Shown: positions 12,509 to 25,949, counted from the whole stretch's first letter. The stretch: 63,775 bases of DNA, filler included, from Choristocarpus tenellus KU-1152 (GCA_964200185.2; 13 parts of 13 records of this genome joined end to end with filler, not necessarily neighbours in it); one strand, 5' to 3'. Numbers and translations: made by a program. Notes: generated by a model not told the origin, from the letters alone.

Positions 12509-15059
12509 GTAGTCATGCCCTCAAGGGTGATACATTAACCCCCCTTCACCTTGCCGCCGAAGCTGGGCAAGTGGCAGTGGTGCAAGAACTTCTCAGGGCT
12601 GGAGCGGATCCCCTAGCTTCTTATAAAAACGACACCCCAATTCAAGCTGCGGTTGAAAGTGGCCATGCTGATGCGGTGCGGGAGATTCTTAGGGATGGAA
12701 AAAGTCAAAGGTACCTCGACCAAATGGGTGGCTCACTCCTTGGTGCCTCCTGTCGCCGTGGACATGTGGGGGTGGTGCGCCTCCTGCTGGAGGCTGGCAT
12801 CGACCCCGGAGCGGCAGATGAGGATGGTGTTACGCCCATTCATGCTTCAGCTCGAGAAGGGAAGTTGGGAGTGGTTCGAGAACATCTAGGGGCTGGGGCA
12901 CACCCAGAAGGGGAGACAGATTTGCGGGACTCACCTTTGCATCAAGCTGCGATGGGGGGACATGTCGGTGTCGTGCGAGAGTTACTCAGGGCAAAGGCAG
13001 ACCGTGAGTCCATGGATAGATACGGCGCTACCCCACTCCATACTGCTGCTCATGGTGGACACTTGGAAGTTGTCCGAGAACTTCTTAGGGCTGGGGCAAG
13101 TCATAGCGCGCAGGATGAGGACGGCACTACTCCCCTCCACGCTGCTGCTCATGAGGAGCACCTGGAAGTTGTGAAGGAGTTACTCAGGGCAGGAGCAGAC
13201 CACAGCGTAAAGGATTATGATGGTGCTACACCTCTTCATGCTGGGGCTCAAAGTGGGCATGTCGGAGTGGTTCGAGAACTACTAGGGGCTGGAGCAAAAC
13301 ATTCCACGAAGGATGAGAACGGGTACACGCCACTTCATCTATCCTCTGAAGCGGGGCACTTAGAAGCGGTGGAGGAATTGTTGCAGGCTGGTGGGCATGG
13401 AGGAAAGGATGCTGATAGAGTCGGTGAAACGCCTCTTCACCTTGCGTGTCGTGCGGGTCATGTGGCTGTCGTGGAGGAATTACTCTGGGCCAAAGCGCCC
13501 CCTGAGGTCAAGGATGAGAACGACTTCACCCCACTTCATTGTGCGGCTTACCATGGGCACATGGATGTGGTACTGGAATTGCTGTCGGCGGGGGCGAGCC
13601 AATACGAACAGACGCAGGGGGGCTTCACTCCCCTTCATCTTGCCGCGGCAAGTGGTAATGTAGAAGTGGTGGTCGAACTGTTGGGCGCTGGGGCAGATCA
13701 CAAGGTCAAGGATGACGAAGGGGAATCGGCTCTTCATCTTGCCGCGTACAACGGCCATGTCAAGGTTGTAGAAGCATTGCTAGTGGATGGAAGGGTCAGC
13801 CTCGAAGAAAAAGAAAGTGATGGCCTCACTCCGCTTTCTGTGGCTTCTCACAATGGTCATGTGGAGGTCGTGTGTGAGCTCCTTGGTGCTGGGGCAGATC
13901 ATACAGTGACTGACAAAAATGGGGACACTCCCCTCCACATCGCTTCGCGATGTGGACATGAGGATGTTGTGGAGGAACTACTGGGAGTAGGGGCAGACCA
14001 TGGGGTAGAGAATGATGCTGGGTACCGTCCTATTCATTTGGGTGCTTGGGGTCGTTGGGGGCTGGTGAGAATACTACTGAAGGCCGGGGCAGACCATAGT
14101 GCGGAGACCAAGAGAGGTGTCACTACCCTTGAAATTGCTGCGATACGTGGCGATGTGAAAATGGTTCGAGATCTTCTCATAGCTGGAGCAGTACCAAGTG
14201 ATCAACTTACATGCTGGGCCGCCAACTCCTCACTGTCACTCACCACATTCCTGGGTGATCATGCTGGAGCTGTACTAAGAGTCAATCCGTTTGGCAGGGT
14301 GGTCAACCCTGCAAGTGATGACGAGGTACCTGCAATTCTTGTGACCAAAAATGAAAGGGAATTACGACATGTGCTTCTCAGAGCCCCAGCGTTTGGCTCC
14401 CACTGGCAATGGGGCGCTGATACCCATGTCGACCAAGCACCACAGGCCGTTTCTTTATTGGGTATTTCCGCCAACCTCATCCTGATGGGTGGGCAGGACA
14501 GATCAACCTTTGAGTGCTTGTGCAGGTGTGTCAATGTTAGGGCAATCCCCACCTTCACTGAACCTGCCTTGGCTATTAGTCTATGAAAGTTAGAACAGGA
14601 GACAGATTTTCAGTCGTAGATGCGCTTCAGGTAAGGATTTCTAAATTTTGATTCCCTGCCAATCCACCACTGTTGTCTTGAGTGCCTCGAGGTTTGGAGT
14701 AACTGTTAGGCCAGGGTGAACAGAGTTTCGTGTTCATGTCTTGTAGCGCGAACTGTTGTAAGATTTGTTAGTGATTGCATTGGGCAGGACAAGGTATCCC
14801 ATTTTATTGTACCCCATGTGTTCCTCCCGGCAGATCTATATGCCATTCCAGGTTCTAGCTTTGCCCTGGTGTGGATTGCGATGAATTCGCATATGTACTT
14901 ACGAACTAAGTTGTAACTGAATTGTATTTCTCCACCTCAAGCAGAAATCAGATTGGTTTCCTTTCAAACTGTCAATGAAAGGGAGTTTAATGCAATTATC
15001 ATTTTCCAATTATGTTCTTCTTTTCCGTGTCTCTTTGCAGGTACATTGATAAGTGTTGA
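12509..15059 (+). CDS. Ankyrin-repeat protein (at least 17 repeats), 5' partial
   Basis: Frame is open from the contig edge (12511). It holds 17 repeats of about 33 aa with consensus DxxGxTPLHxAAxxGHxEVVxELLxAGA, then a tail ...VLLRAPAFGSHWQWG. A likely splice at 14525 (AG|GTGTG) joins a short last exon 15041-15059 (RYIDKC*). Unspliced, the ORF ends at 14586. Confidence 0.95.
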
Positions 15060-15439
15060 GTCGAGGTCACCTAGCTTGGAGTAAAAGGAATGCTTGGTGA
15101 TGGTAGTGCACTTTCACTGCAGAATACAAGTGCACTCTAGACTAGACATCGTCTTATGTTTGGGATAATTGTGGGGCGATGTCAAGGGGGCTCTTTAGCA
15201 TAGCAGACATGTGTCGTGTTTTTCGTATTAGTCGTTTCGTGTTGTTTGGCACACCATTGTACATCTCTGTGCCTACAACCTATGGAGGATGATTGAGGTC
15301 CTCCACAGTGTGTTTTGCAATTTATGGAGAGGATGGTATAGACCTACTATGAATAATGGTACGTCTCCAATTTTGCTTATTTTGATGTTTTTTCCGATCA
15401 GGGGAGAGAATGACTTGGGTTCTCATAAATAGTATGTAT

Positions 15440-16700
15440 ATCAATGTGAGCATTTTTTTAACGTATTGTGCAAATTCATGCCTCCTTGGCGCGGATGTGT
15501 AGAGCAGAGCTTAGTTGTGCACATATTACGTACTAGATCCATTAGTATAATTTTGGACCAGGCAAGTTGCAGCTCTCTTCCCGTTCTGACCCCACAAGAG
15601 AAGGGTGTACAGCAAGAAGCAGGGCTTTGTAGTATGATTTTGTAACTCATACTAAGAATAAGACGGTTGGATAGCAGCATGAATAACTTGTTTTGGGTCA
15701 GTTTGAGCTATAATGTGACAGTCAAGTTCTTTTGTCAGATGCGAACAGTACCCTTTGTGTGCTTGGTGCAAGTTGCTGATGTCTTCAAACTCCTACCTGA
15801 GGCATAATCCAGAGAAGTAGTCGTAAATGGTTGACAATTGTCAGCAAAACATTGTTTTTGCTGGCTCAAAAGGTTGTGCCACAGCGATGATAATATTTCA
15901 TTACAAAACCAGTGCCAAGCAAGATCAACAAGCCACAGAAATGTGACAGGATAGCTTCCAACAGTACAATATTTCTTCCACAACAAATATGTACAATATA
16001 TATGTTCATACATATGGGCGATCAATGCACGGGCTTGATTAACCGTTCCTGTCTATGGTGGGCCCCAAGTATCTGTTCCTCCCGCAAGGTATTGCACCAT
16101 GAGATGAGGGAATCAAGAGAGACGATGCTTCAGTGAAAGTCTAGTTTTCCATCTGTGGTGTCCATCCTGCAGATTTATGACGGAAGAGTACCCTGCCAAT
16201 TCACACTTAATATTTGGATGCACGTTTCTTGACAAGAATTACTCATGGATTGCAATGCAAGAAGAAAGTCATCACTGACAAAGAGTAGTGGAGCTCCAAA
16301 TGTTATTTAGATGGATTCAATGGTAATGAAGTCCACTATGGGCATGTCTAGCTTTCCTGTCCTCCCCCTTATCCTTTTGGTACCACCAATTTTACACCCT
16401 TCAGAAAGTATTCACAGTACAATAGTACCAAGTTTGATGCTGTCATCCGTACCTTATAAGACTGCCAATACGTATGACTACCCTCCTCGTAAACCTTTCC
16501 ATATTCACAAACAATATCTTCCCGTGATCTCACGTAACAAGTGTTGAACTGGAGATAATTCACATTCTTCTCATCATTTTGCCTCCAACAAAGATAATGT
16601 ACTGTCAGATCTTTGCTACTGCCCATCATGATCTTGGTGTTGTTCAAACAAGACATATCATTGTGCAGGCAACACTACCACCAGCAACACTCTAGTTCTT
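15440..16700 (-). pseudogene. Possible highly decayed piggyBac-like transposase relic
   Basis: Stop-riddled minus-strand fragments in piggyBac order: GLHYH*IHLNNIWSSTTLCQ (compare GYHVYMDNFYTSxxL), then TFLWLVDLA (compare W..lFlylLDla), then a Cys/His-rich end CTTKLCSTH. Weak, by eye only. Confidence 0.3.
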
Positions 16701-17624
16701 GCATTCCCCTCAACTTCCATGTCAGCTTGCCTGCCACTAGCAATGCAGAGTCCACAAAATCTCACAAGTTCTGTAAGGGAATACCCTCTGCAATGGGTGA
16801 ATAGTTGCGAGGTACAGCTCCGCTAAATGTATCGCTGGACTATTCGTAGTAGTAGTAATGTCATATATACAATAACTTAAAACTGATAAACGATGGTTCG
16901 AGAGGCAAAACTTTAGGGGGGTAGGATGCCCACCTGACGATCCTCTCCCCAAGGTCAACCTGGTATCTCCATGTGAAGGATTTTTTAACAAGATCCTTGC
17001 TGTACCTGGTTGACTTCATCGTGACTTCCCACTCTCTCATTGACCTTTGATGGCCTCACCTCGTCAGCAGGAATTCCCATTCCGAGTGAGTGCCATCTCC
17101 ACATCTTCTTGATCTCCTTGCCCATTCTCTTTCCCTTCTACTACTTGCTTATCTGCGTGTGTGTGATTCTTCTTCTACTTCAACAAGTCAGTCCAATGGT
17201 GGTGGTGGTGGTGGTGGTGGTATTATTAAACAGTGATATTAATTATGCACTTTCTTTTTGCCCTCTTCTTGAGTGAAGCTCGAGTTACTATTGAAACATC
17301 GGACTAGAACTATCTTATTGCCACCAAGCCCAAAGTATCTGGGGGGGGGGGGGGGGTCGACCCGAGGGGGTCCATTGGGACCAAAACCGGGAAAAAGGAC
17401 CTTTATTTTTTNNNNNNNNNNNNNNNNNNNNNNNNNNNNNNNNNNNNNNNNNNNNTTAATTAATTAANNNNNNNNNNNNNNNNNNNNNNNNNNNNNNNNN
17501 NNNNNNNNNNNTCTTTTTTTGCCCTTTCCCCCCCCCCCCCCCCCTCCCCCTGGGTTTGTTCTTCATGCCTCAAAAAAAAAAGAATTATTTTTTATTAATT
17601 GTATACCCAAGTATCCTCCCAACA

Positions 17625-17744
17625 CTCATTCTCTCATTCTCTCATTCTCGTAAGGTTTGCCCTCGTTGTGTCCATACCTCTCATTCTCTCATTCTCTCAT
17701 TCCCGTAAGGTTTGCCCTCGTTGTGTCCATACCTCTCATTCTCT
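17625..17744. repeat. 55-bp tandem duplication containing (CTCTCATT)n
   Basis: CGTAAGGTTTGCCCTCGTTGTGTCCATACCTCTCATTCTCT starts at 17649 and again at 17704. Confidence 0.9.
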
Positions 17745-18113
17745 ATGTGCTACTACATGGATTTCCACACTTCCTGGTCTTTGAATTTTTTTGTTGTAGA
17801 GTTAATCATTTTTGTGAATCAGTCCTGCTGTGGTACTACGAAGTTAATCAGACTTGTGGTACCCTAGAGTATGTATTAATAGTTGTAAGTATTTGTAAGG
17901 CGTGTGTGGTCTCTCCTCAAACTAACCAAACATGGAGTCGATTGTAGAGATGGGATGAACACTTTATTATTATTATTATTTTAATATTATTAATGTTAAT
18001 ATGTAAACATTCTTGCCTGTGAGTGCTATTCCCCTGACTGGTGCATGGAATATTGATATATTGATATATATGTAACTTGATATTTTGATATATTCTTTTT
18101 TTTTTGCTTACAG

Positions 18114-21100
18114 GCGGTGCTGGCTCGCATCAAGGATCAAGGATTGTCTTTAGAGGGATTGGTATTGGAAGATGAGCCGGGTTCGATGACTGAGGAGGAG
18201 AGAGCAGAACAGCGCAGGATATCAGGGTTGTCTGATTCAGATCCAGATGATATCATGGCAGAGCTTCGGAGGATTAAGGTAAGGGAGGCCTATTGTCATG
18301 CTTTTCTTGCCTCAGAATAATGCACAACTCATTGTTTATTATTATTTTATGTATTGTTTGTAGTGCTAGGGATAGGACTAGGGTTTGGTGTGGATGGAGG
18401 TGCAATGAACTGTGTGCCCTTTGTGTTAGGGTTTGGGTTTGGGTTTGGGTTTGGGTTGGGTACATGATCTTGCTTGTGTTGTGTCATTGAATAACAAATT
18501 GGTGTGCAGTGAGTGTCATGCACTAGTTAGCTGTAAGTAAGGGGGAGTGAATGAAAGAAAATTTATATTATTATTTTTGCTGTTGGAGAGTAGGGTTAGG
18601 GTTAGGGTTAGTGCGTACAGTTAGGGGAATGTGAATGACAGTTACTGATGAAAAGGAGTGGACTGGTACAAGATGGTGATTATCTTTATGGTGAAAGTAT
18701 GTATGTATATTGTATGCATGTATATTGTATATATGTATATTGTATGTATGTATGTATAGTTTATCTATGTATATTGTATATATGTATATTGTATGTATGT
18801 ATGTATATTTTATGTATGTATATTGTATATATGTATATTGTATATATGTATATTGTATGTATGTATATTGTATATATGTATATTGTATGTATGTATATTG
18901 TATATATGTATATTGTATGTATGTATATTGTATATATGTATATTGTATATATGTATATTGTATGTATGTATATTGTATATATGTATATTGTATGTATGTA
19001 TATTGTATATATGTATATTGTATGTATGTATATTGTATATTTGTATATTGTATATATAATGGGTGAAGAGAGGCGTATCGTATACAGGTTGTGACTCTTG
19101 ATTACTATTATTATTATTATTATTATTGTATGGTGTTGTGGTATTAATATCTGTAAGTTGTAAGGGTATCGATACATGTGTGAATTGTTATGTATTAATT
19201 GTATCCTCGAAGTTTTGCTGCACAGATTTGGAGAGGATTTTATTTGGAGAGTGTCTCAATGCTGGTGCATTTGATTTGTGGACAGTGTTAGGTGTGACTC
19301 AGTTCTGGGCGCATCTCAGTTTTGTCTTGGGAAAGACTAGTACTGTGTTGGTTAGTTGGGATCTATTGGACAGGTGGTTCAACCCTAACCCTAATATGGA
19401 TACAAACCTTAATGTACACTATAGTACAAAGGCATTAGCACGTTGGCCTGCACCTGAGTGTACCATAGAAGTTTCAGCATACTATACATAATGTGTATTT
19501 TGTAATTTGAACTCCCTCCACCCCACCCCCCCCCCCCCCCCCCTCCCCCGGCCACTCTCTTGTCTCACCTACCTCGTGTTGCTCTTTTGTATGTCCATCT
19601 TTTTTGTTGGTAATCTTGGATGAATCTTGGATGAATCTTGAATGAATCCCTACTCTCACACCATTGCACCATTCATTGAACAGGAAAGTCGACTGAAGCT
19701 CATTGACAAGTGCCAGGATCTGGAGCGGGAGAATGAGGAGCTCCGAAGTATGCTTGAGGAGATTGAACACGTCGAGTATGTCAGGGGGAAGGCAGAGGTA
19801 AATGGCGCTGAGGACGGAAGCTCCTTGTCTCCTCTTACCCCACATGGTGGGATGGCACTTGGGCGGGGCGGGGGGGGAGGGGGTGGCGCGTTGTCGTGGG
19901 AGACCATGTCAACATGTTCCTTGGACACGAATGCATCCTGTGGCTCTGGTGGTGGCTATGGTGGCTCTGGTGGCATGCCGAGGGAGATTGGGGACCTGGG
20001 GGAGGAGGAGCTGAGAGAGTTGGCGAGATGGTTCAAGGTGAAGGAAAATAAGAGGAGGAGGGTGATTCGGAGGTATCGAGCAGGGGAAAAACGGAAGGAG
20101 GAGCTAGAGAGGAGGAAGGCGTTGCCGGTTGTGGACCAGCAGCAGGTGTGCGTAGTAGTGAGTGTTCGATGGTGATAGTACTGCGGTAGTGTGTAGTAGT
20201 GAATGTGATAGTGGTTTGTTTGGTGTTGGTTGGTGGTGAGTAGCTTCCCCCCCAGTTTGTTCCAGTTCATAGTTTCATTTGTCTTTGTTTTTATTTTGAT
20301 GTAAGTTCGTATGAACTTACACTTTGTTCTGTGGGGGAGCTGAGGTTGTTGTTGATTGGGGGGGTTTGTGGTATGATATTCTTCTGTGTTTGAGTGTGCG
20401 CGACTTGAATGGCTCAACCTTTTGAAATACTTGAAGTGGTGTTTGGTATTGTTGTGGTTGTGTCAGTTGTTTGTGTGAAGGGGAGTTAATCAACTGTTTA
20501 GAAGATGAGTTGATTCTCGAAGGGTAGCTCCTGTGGTAAACTGAATAAACCCTCCTAAAAGTATTTTTTGATACACTCTCTATTTGTTGTAATTGTTTTG
20601 GGGACCCTGGTTGATCGGTCAATTAAAAAAAAAAAATAGTTGAATCGGTGTGAGTATAGTGTCTAATTTTTTTTCTAGTGAGACATTAAAAAAAATCCCT
20701 TGATGTGTACGGCAATGAGTTTCTTTTTCCAAAAAAACAATAAAGTTTTAGGAGGGAGGGTAAAGGGCGTTGAGTTTTTGGCAAGAGCATTGACTAATTT
20801 GCCATCTGTATCGCTAGGGCTCTACCCTTGAGTACATCCTCCTAAGCAGTATGTATGGTAGGATGAATTGTTGGTGCAGGATGGTTCCAAGTCATGTCTG
20901 ATGTCATACCATGAACATTTTTTTTTAATGTTAATGTTATTGTTAATGTTATTGTTATTTCAGTCCTTGGCACCCACCGCATCTCCATCAGTGGAGAGTG
21001 AGAGTGTTGGAGGCAACGAGGACCCAAGCACTATTCCGAGTAAGATTACAGGAACCAAATCACCATTTATCAGCAGGAGTACAGGGAAGGGAGATGATGT

Positions 21101-22133
21101 AGGCAGGGGGGCAAAGGGCCGGGGGGGTAGGAGCAACATCCCAATACATTCCTCACGAGTTGGAACCAAAGGTTCTTCCCAATACTCTTCTCTTTCTGGG
21201 ACCAAAGATCTTTTGGCAGGACCAGCGGCGGCGCCCACTACCCCCATGAAGACTTCTAGAGTGAGTCTTGTTAGTTGTTGATACAGATGGTTCACTTTCA
21301 AGTAGAGTAAGGGAGGCGGAATGGGGGACGTTTGAGGGGCTGGGGGAGGTGCAGGGGGTTGGTTGTATGTATGAGTTGGTCTTGCGTGGTGGAGGGCTTA
21401 GGAAGTTGGGGTTATTTTATTTATTTTTGTGTCATAGGGGTTAGGGTTAGGGTTAGGGCATGAGGAGTGTCGAGAGTAGGGGTGGAGAGGTGTTGGTGTT
21501 GGAGTATCGTGTTTTGCCACGGGATTGGTGAACAAGAGTGGGCGTGCTGGCCGGGGTTAGGGTTAGGGTTAGGATTAGTGTGTAGTAGCAAGGGAGATCT
21601 CAAATTGAAGTGCATGCTGTTGAATGCTCTGGGGTAGTATGTATGTAGGTTCATGGTGTATCTGAGCTTTTAGGGAGAACAGGGTAAGCTGTAGCACCTG
21701 CATTACTTTCACATTATTCACAATATTACTATTATTATTATTCACTCTATTATTATTATTATTATTATTATTCAGGTTTTGCTTTTTTTGTTATCACCCA
21801 GTGCCACACCCAATACTCCGTTTCAGTACCTCTTGATTTTGACACAAGTGCTCTGATTGCTACCAGCCCTAACCTTAGCGGTGTGATCTGTGTACAGTAG
21901 TACTTGAGTACTAGCAACGGGGGGGGGGTATACACAATGCCTCAATACCCCCACATCCCTCTCTTCTTTCTTTTTTTACCCGACAGGGTGCTCTGCGGTC
22001 ATCACCCTCACGGGGTGTTTCGGGCACGAGCATAACGCCTCCTATGAGCCTCCGTGCGCAGTCGAAGGATGAGAATCGTGAAAAGGCAAGGGAGAGATCT
22101 GGTGTAAAGCGCTCAAGGGAAGGACACGAGTAA
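18114..22133 (+). CDS. Unknown coiled-coil / low-complexity protein; last four exons, 5' partial
   Basis: Phase-0 exons 18114-18278, 19684-20145, 20964-21260 and 21987-22133 have canonical splice sites and join in frame. Heptad-like LIDKCQDLERENEELRSMLEEIE, a basic segment, and a Ser/Pro/Gly-rich tail ending KRSREGHE*. Confidence 0.75.
18697..19056. repeat. 15-bp intronic minisatellite (TATGTATATTGTATR)n
   Basis: About 24 units. The A and G variants largely alternate, giving a 30-bp higher-order period. This explains the spurious YCIYV/MYIVC ORFs. Confidence 0.95.
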
Positions 22134-22899
22134 GACTAGAAAGACCCGTGGTAGTTCAGGAGGGGCGAAGGGGAGCTGAGTTGAGGGGTGGAAATAACCG
22201 GTTGTCTTAATTGCATTTGTCTGTGAAGATGTGCTTTGTTTCTTGACTGGGTTGGGTATGGAGGGGGATATGCAAAGGGTGTGGTAAGGTGTGTGAGTGT
22301 TAAATGTATTACGGGTGTGGTAAAGTAAACTGATGTTGGTTTTATGAACCGCTCGACACTCTGTTTCATGCTGTTGGCCTATGCCTGCGTCATCAGTCAG
22401 TTTTCTTTCCTGTATCAGTAATGAAGAAGGGTACACCTTTAACTGGCAGCCGCAGCACGTTTGCCGTTAGGGTTAGGGTTGGGTGGGATCCCTGTGTGTC
22501 TGTGTGTGTGTATGTGTGGATCACTCAGTGTACATTTTTAGGGACTGATTGCTCACTCAATCCCATGTTGAATTTCCCACTTTGAGTGAGAAAGATGCAG
22601 TGTATGAATGTGGTGGAATTGGAGGTGGGGGGGGNNNNNNNNNNNNNNNNNNNNNNNNNNNNNNNNNNNNNNNNNNNNTTAATTAATTAANNNNNNNNNN
22701 NNNNNNNNNNNNNNNNNNNNNNNNNNNNNNNNNNCCCCTTCCACAACAGTGACCACCACCACCACCCCCACCCATCCCACCCCCCCCCCATCCCATCCCA
22801 CCCCACCTCCTTCCTCGCCCCAATCACCACCACCACCTTCCCTTACTACCCCTCCCCTACACACAGGAAATCTAGGCCACCTACCACCACATCCACGTC

Positions 22900-25618
22900 T
22901 GCCTTGGGGGGTCCACACTCCAAGTCTGCCCTTGACCAACTCCAGATGGAGACCCTAGAGCAAGTAAACATCACCACGGTTAAGAAGATCCCGAGCAGGT
23001 TCCGCACCGCCCACACAATCACCCTCATGCACACAGTGGATCTCCTGATACATGAGATAACCGCCACAAAGATGAAGGGGGGGACACCAACCATAGGGGT
23101 CATCAGAGGGTCCAAACTCTTCCACATGATCTCTGGCCTCTTACTGGCGAATGATGGAAAGTTCTCGAGGGAGGAGAGTTTGCCCATGTGGTATCTGGGA
23201 ACATCTAAGAGCTGGTAGCATGGCTACTAGAATGATCCCAGAGGACCAGCAGATGTAGGGAGGCCCCTGAAGAGGACCCCAAATCCCACCAGGAATGTGG
23301 TGCAGCTTTGGGTCACCACCATGGAGAAATCTCCAAGGGGGCAAGTGTGCTCCTAGCACAACCCAGAGCCCCAGGGACAGACCAGACTTTCAGCGTGCAG
23401 GCCCCCAAGCATCTGAGGGAAAACCAGGATGAGCTTAGGCAGGCCATAACAGACGCAAAAGATAGGGCACAAGGAAATTCAAGATCTGGGGAACAAAGGT
23501 ACCGCCTCCCTGAAGGGGAGTACACCTTCACCTCCCTTCGAACAGCCTTCATGAGGGCGAACAGGAACTTTGCACCAGGCCCCGATGGGATGCGCCCTAG
23601 CCACATCAGATCAGCCATCAAGACAGATGTTGGTCACAAAGAAGTGGCAGAGGTGTTTGCAAAGCTCTGGAAACTAACCTACACCTCCCTGGACTCTTTC
23701 CCTCTGGAGTTCTGGACACTTCATACGAACTCCAGATTGTCCGTAATCGGGGAGTAGTGTTGCCCGGTTGCCTGCAGCTCTTTCTTCAGAAGGGCATGTG
23801 CTTCAGCTTTCTGCACAGACTGGCGCCCCTACCTGGAGGAAGGTTTCGGTGGAGTAGGACAATTTGGCATTGGGGTCCCAAATGGGGTAGAGCGTGCACT
23901 CCAAGACATTTGTCTAAGGAATGAGTGTGCAGAACGGGTCATTAGTCTAGACGGAAGAATGCTTTCAACAGCGTGCGCTGCTCAGCCTTCATAAAGACTC
24001 TCCCAGAGACTCTGCCAGGACTCCTGCCTTATGTCTCCAAGGTATATGGGGACACCCGAAATCTTCTTTTCCCTCTGGATGAGCGAGGGATGAAGATCCC
24101 ACCATCAAGATCAAGGGCACAACAGGGAGACCCCTTTATATTGCATGGCAACACGTAAGGCACCACCGCAGGTCCAATCTGCTTTTGGATCGCAGGGGAT
24201 TTCCTCCGAAGCTATCTGGACGACACGTCCTTATCTTCAAGGGAGATCGGCCCTGACACTATAGCTGCTTTCGAGCAGCTAAAACCTGACCTCCATGAGG
24301 TAGGCATTGACTTGAATATGGACTATGCCTTTGCCGCACCTCTCAAGGGCCACCAACCCATGCCCTCAGAACTGGAGGTTCTTTCTACAGCGGGAATCAA
24401 CCTAGCCCAGAACCCCAATGTTTTTGTCACATTGGGGGCTTCAGTGGGAGCAGATAGCTTTATCCAAGCCCACATGGCCAATGTGATCAAGAGCTCTGGG
24501 ACACGAACTTTGACCACACACCTCAGCTAGATGGAGGACAAACAGGTGGCCTGGCTGCTCAACTCCTGGTCCCTCTCCTCCCGCCTAGGCTATCTTGCCA
24601 GTGTCACTCCCCTCCTCCTGGCATGCTCCACCATAGAGCAAGCAGACAGCACCTCAGAGTCAAAGTATCTTAGAGGGTAGGGCCGCGTCTATTCGGGGGC
24701 CAAAATCTAATGTTGCGATTTTGATATAATTTCGGCTATCGTGTTTGTTAGGAAGTATCTATCCTTGTTCCTAACCCAAATTTTCATAACGTATACATTT
24801 TACCTACTCAGAAATATTTTGGAGTGGGAAAATGTAATAAAAAAACATGGGAAGCTAAGTCCCAAATGGACAAACAGGGAAAAACTCGTACCACCTCTAA
24901 GATACTTTCACTCTCATTATGGACACTAGAGAAGATAATGGAGGTGGAAGACTCAACAGAAGTAACGGATGTTTTTGAGGGAGGGTGTAACGATAGGTCT
25001 CTCCACATAGAGAGACTCACCAACAAGTATAGGCAAAGATGCCCACAAGTGCGGGGGGCTTGGGTCTCTCCTCTATGAAACACCGCCAACACACGGCTTT
25101 CATAGGATCACTGGTGGCCACTTTCCCCACCCTCCTAGCAAGGCAGCAAGGGCCTCATGGCGAGTCCTTCTTACTAGCTCTTTGCGTGAGCCCCGCGGTA
25201 CAGGCTTTAGGATCGTCCATTCACACCGTCCTTTCTACAGGTATCCCCTCAGAAGACCTTGTAGAATCATTGGCCAAGACTAGGTAACCTGGGGGGTAAC
25301 GACATCCCCCGCACCTTCCCCAGAGGTCCACATCCTGGCAGCTCATGACGCCAGGATCACAAGAAGGGCTCAACATGACATCACACGCCTCCTGAACAGG
25401 ATCCGTTTCGACTCCTTTTGGACACAACTAGCAGGCCTACCATGTGAAGTACAGCAGGGAAAGGAAAGTTCCTCATTAACCCTAGCACACCACCAGAGCC
25501 AGTGTGGACATGGGGTAAATTCACGGGCCTCAATGCAACCCCTGGGGTCGGCATGCCAGATCCCCCCTATAGAATTCAAGCTCACAGTCAGCAGACCCCT
25601 AGGGAGGGAGGAGGCCCT
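22900..25618 (+). mobile_element. Decayed CRE-like non-LTR retrotransposon (reverse transcriptase region)
   Basis: RT motifs appear in order across stops and frameshifts: APGPDGMRPSHI, RLSVIGE*CCPVAC..FRR, GQFGIGVPNGVE, SLDG.NAFNSV, PGLLPYVSKVYG, AQQGDP, SYLDD, TLGASVG, PTSAGGLGLSS. QFGxGVxxGxE, NAFNS, QQGDP and GGLGL are typical of CRE-clade RTs. A MITE interrupts it at 24657-24913. Confidence 0.88.
24657..24913 (+). mobile_element. MITE family B (about 255 bp), complete copy inserted in the CRE element
   Basis: TIRs GAGTCAAAGTATCTTAGAGG...CCTCTAAGATACTTTCACTC with a flanking duplication (C)TCA. Removing it restores the frame EQADSTS|LWTLEKIM, which matches the uninterrupted paralogue EQDDNTSLCNVEKIL near 26800-26850. 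Confidence 0.9.
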
Positions 25619-25949
25619 NNNNNNNNNNNNNNNNNNNNNNNNNNNNNNNNNNNNNNNNNNNNTTAATTAATTAANNNNNNNNNNNNNNNNNNNNNNNNNN
25701 NNNNNNNNNNNNNNNNNNCTCCGCCGCGTGGGATGCGCAGCCGAGCTATCTAAACCAGGGTGTCCATTTGAACCAACATCAGAAAAAGTGCATTTACATT
25801 ATCCATTCGACGTATGCAACCAAATCACCCAAAAAATGTGATATGAAAAAATTGACCCCAAATGGACAGCCGCCACCCCCCCCCCCAGATACTTTGAGTC
25901 AATGACTGAAAGTGCCCCAGCATGGAACACGACAACCACACAGAAGAAT

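Noticed and set aside
15104-15145. AGTGCACTT...AAGTGCACT hairpin followed by CTAG as a Helitron 3' end capturing the ankyrin gene
   Set aside because: The stem is short, spacing to CTAG is atypical, there is one copy only, and no 5' end is visible.
18648-19177. ORFs in several frames (MYIVC/YCIYV repeats)
   Set aside because: Artefact of a stop-free 15-bp minisatellite inside an intron.
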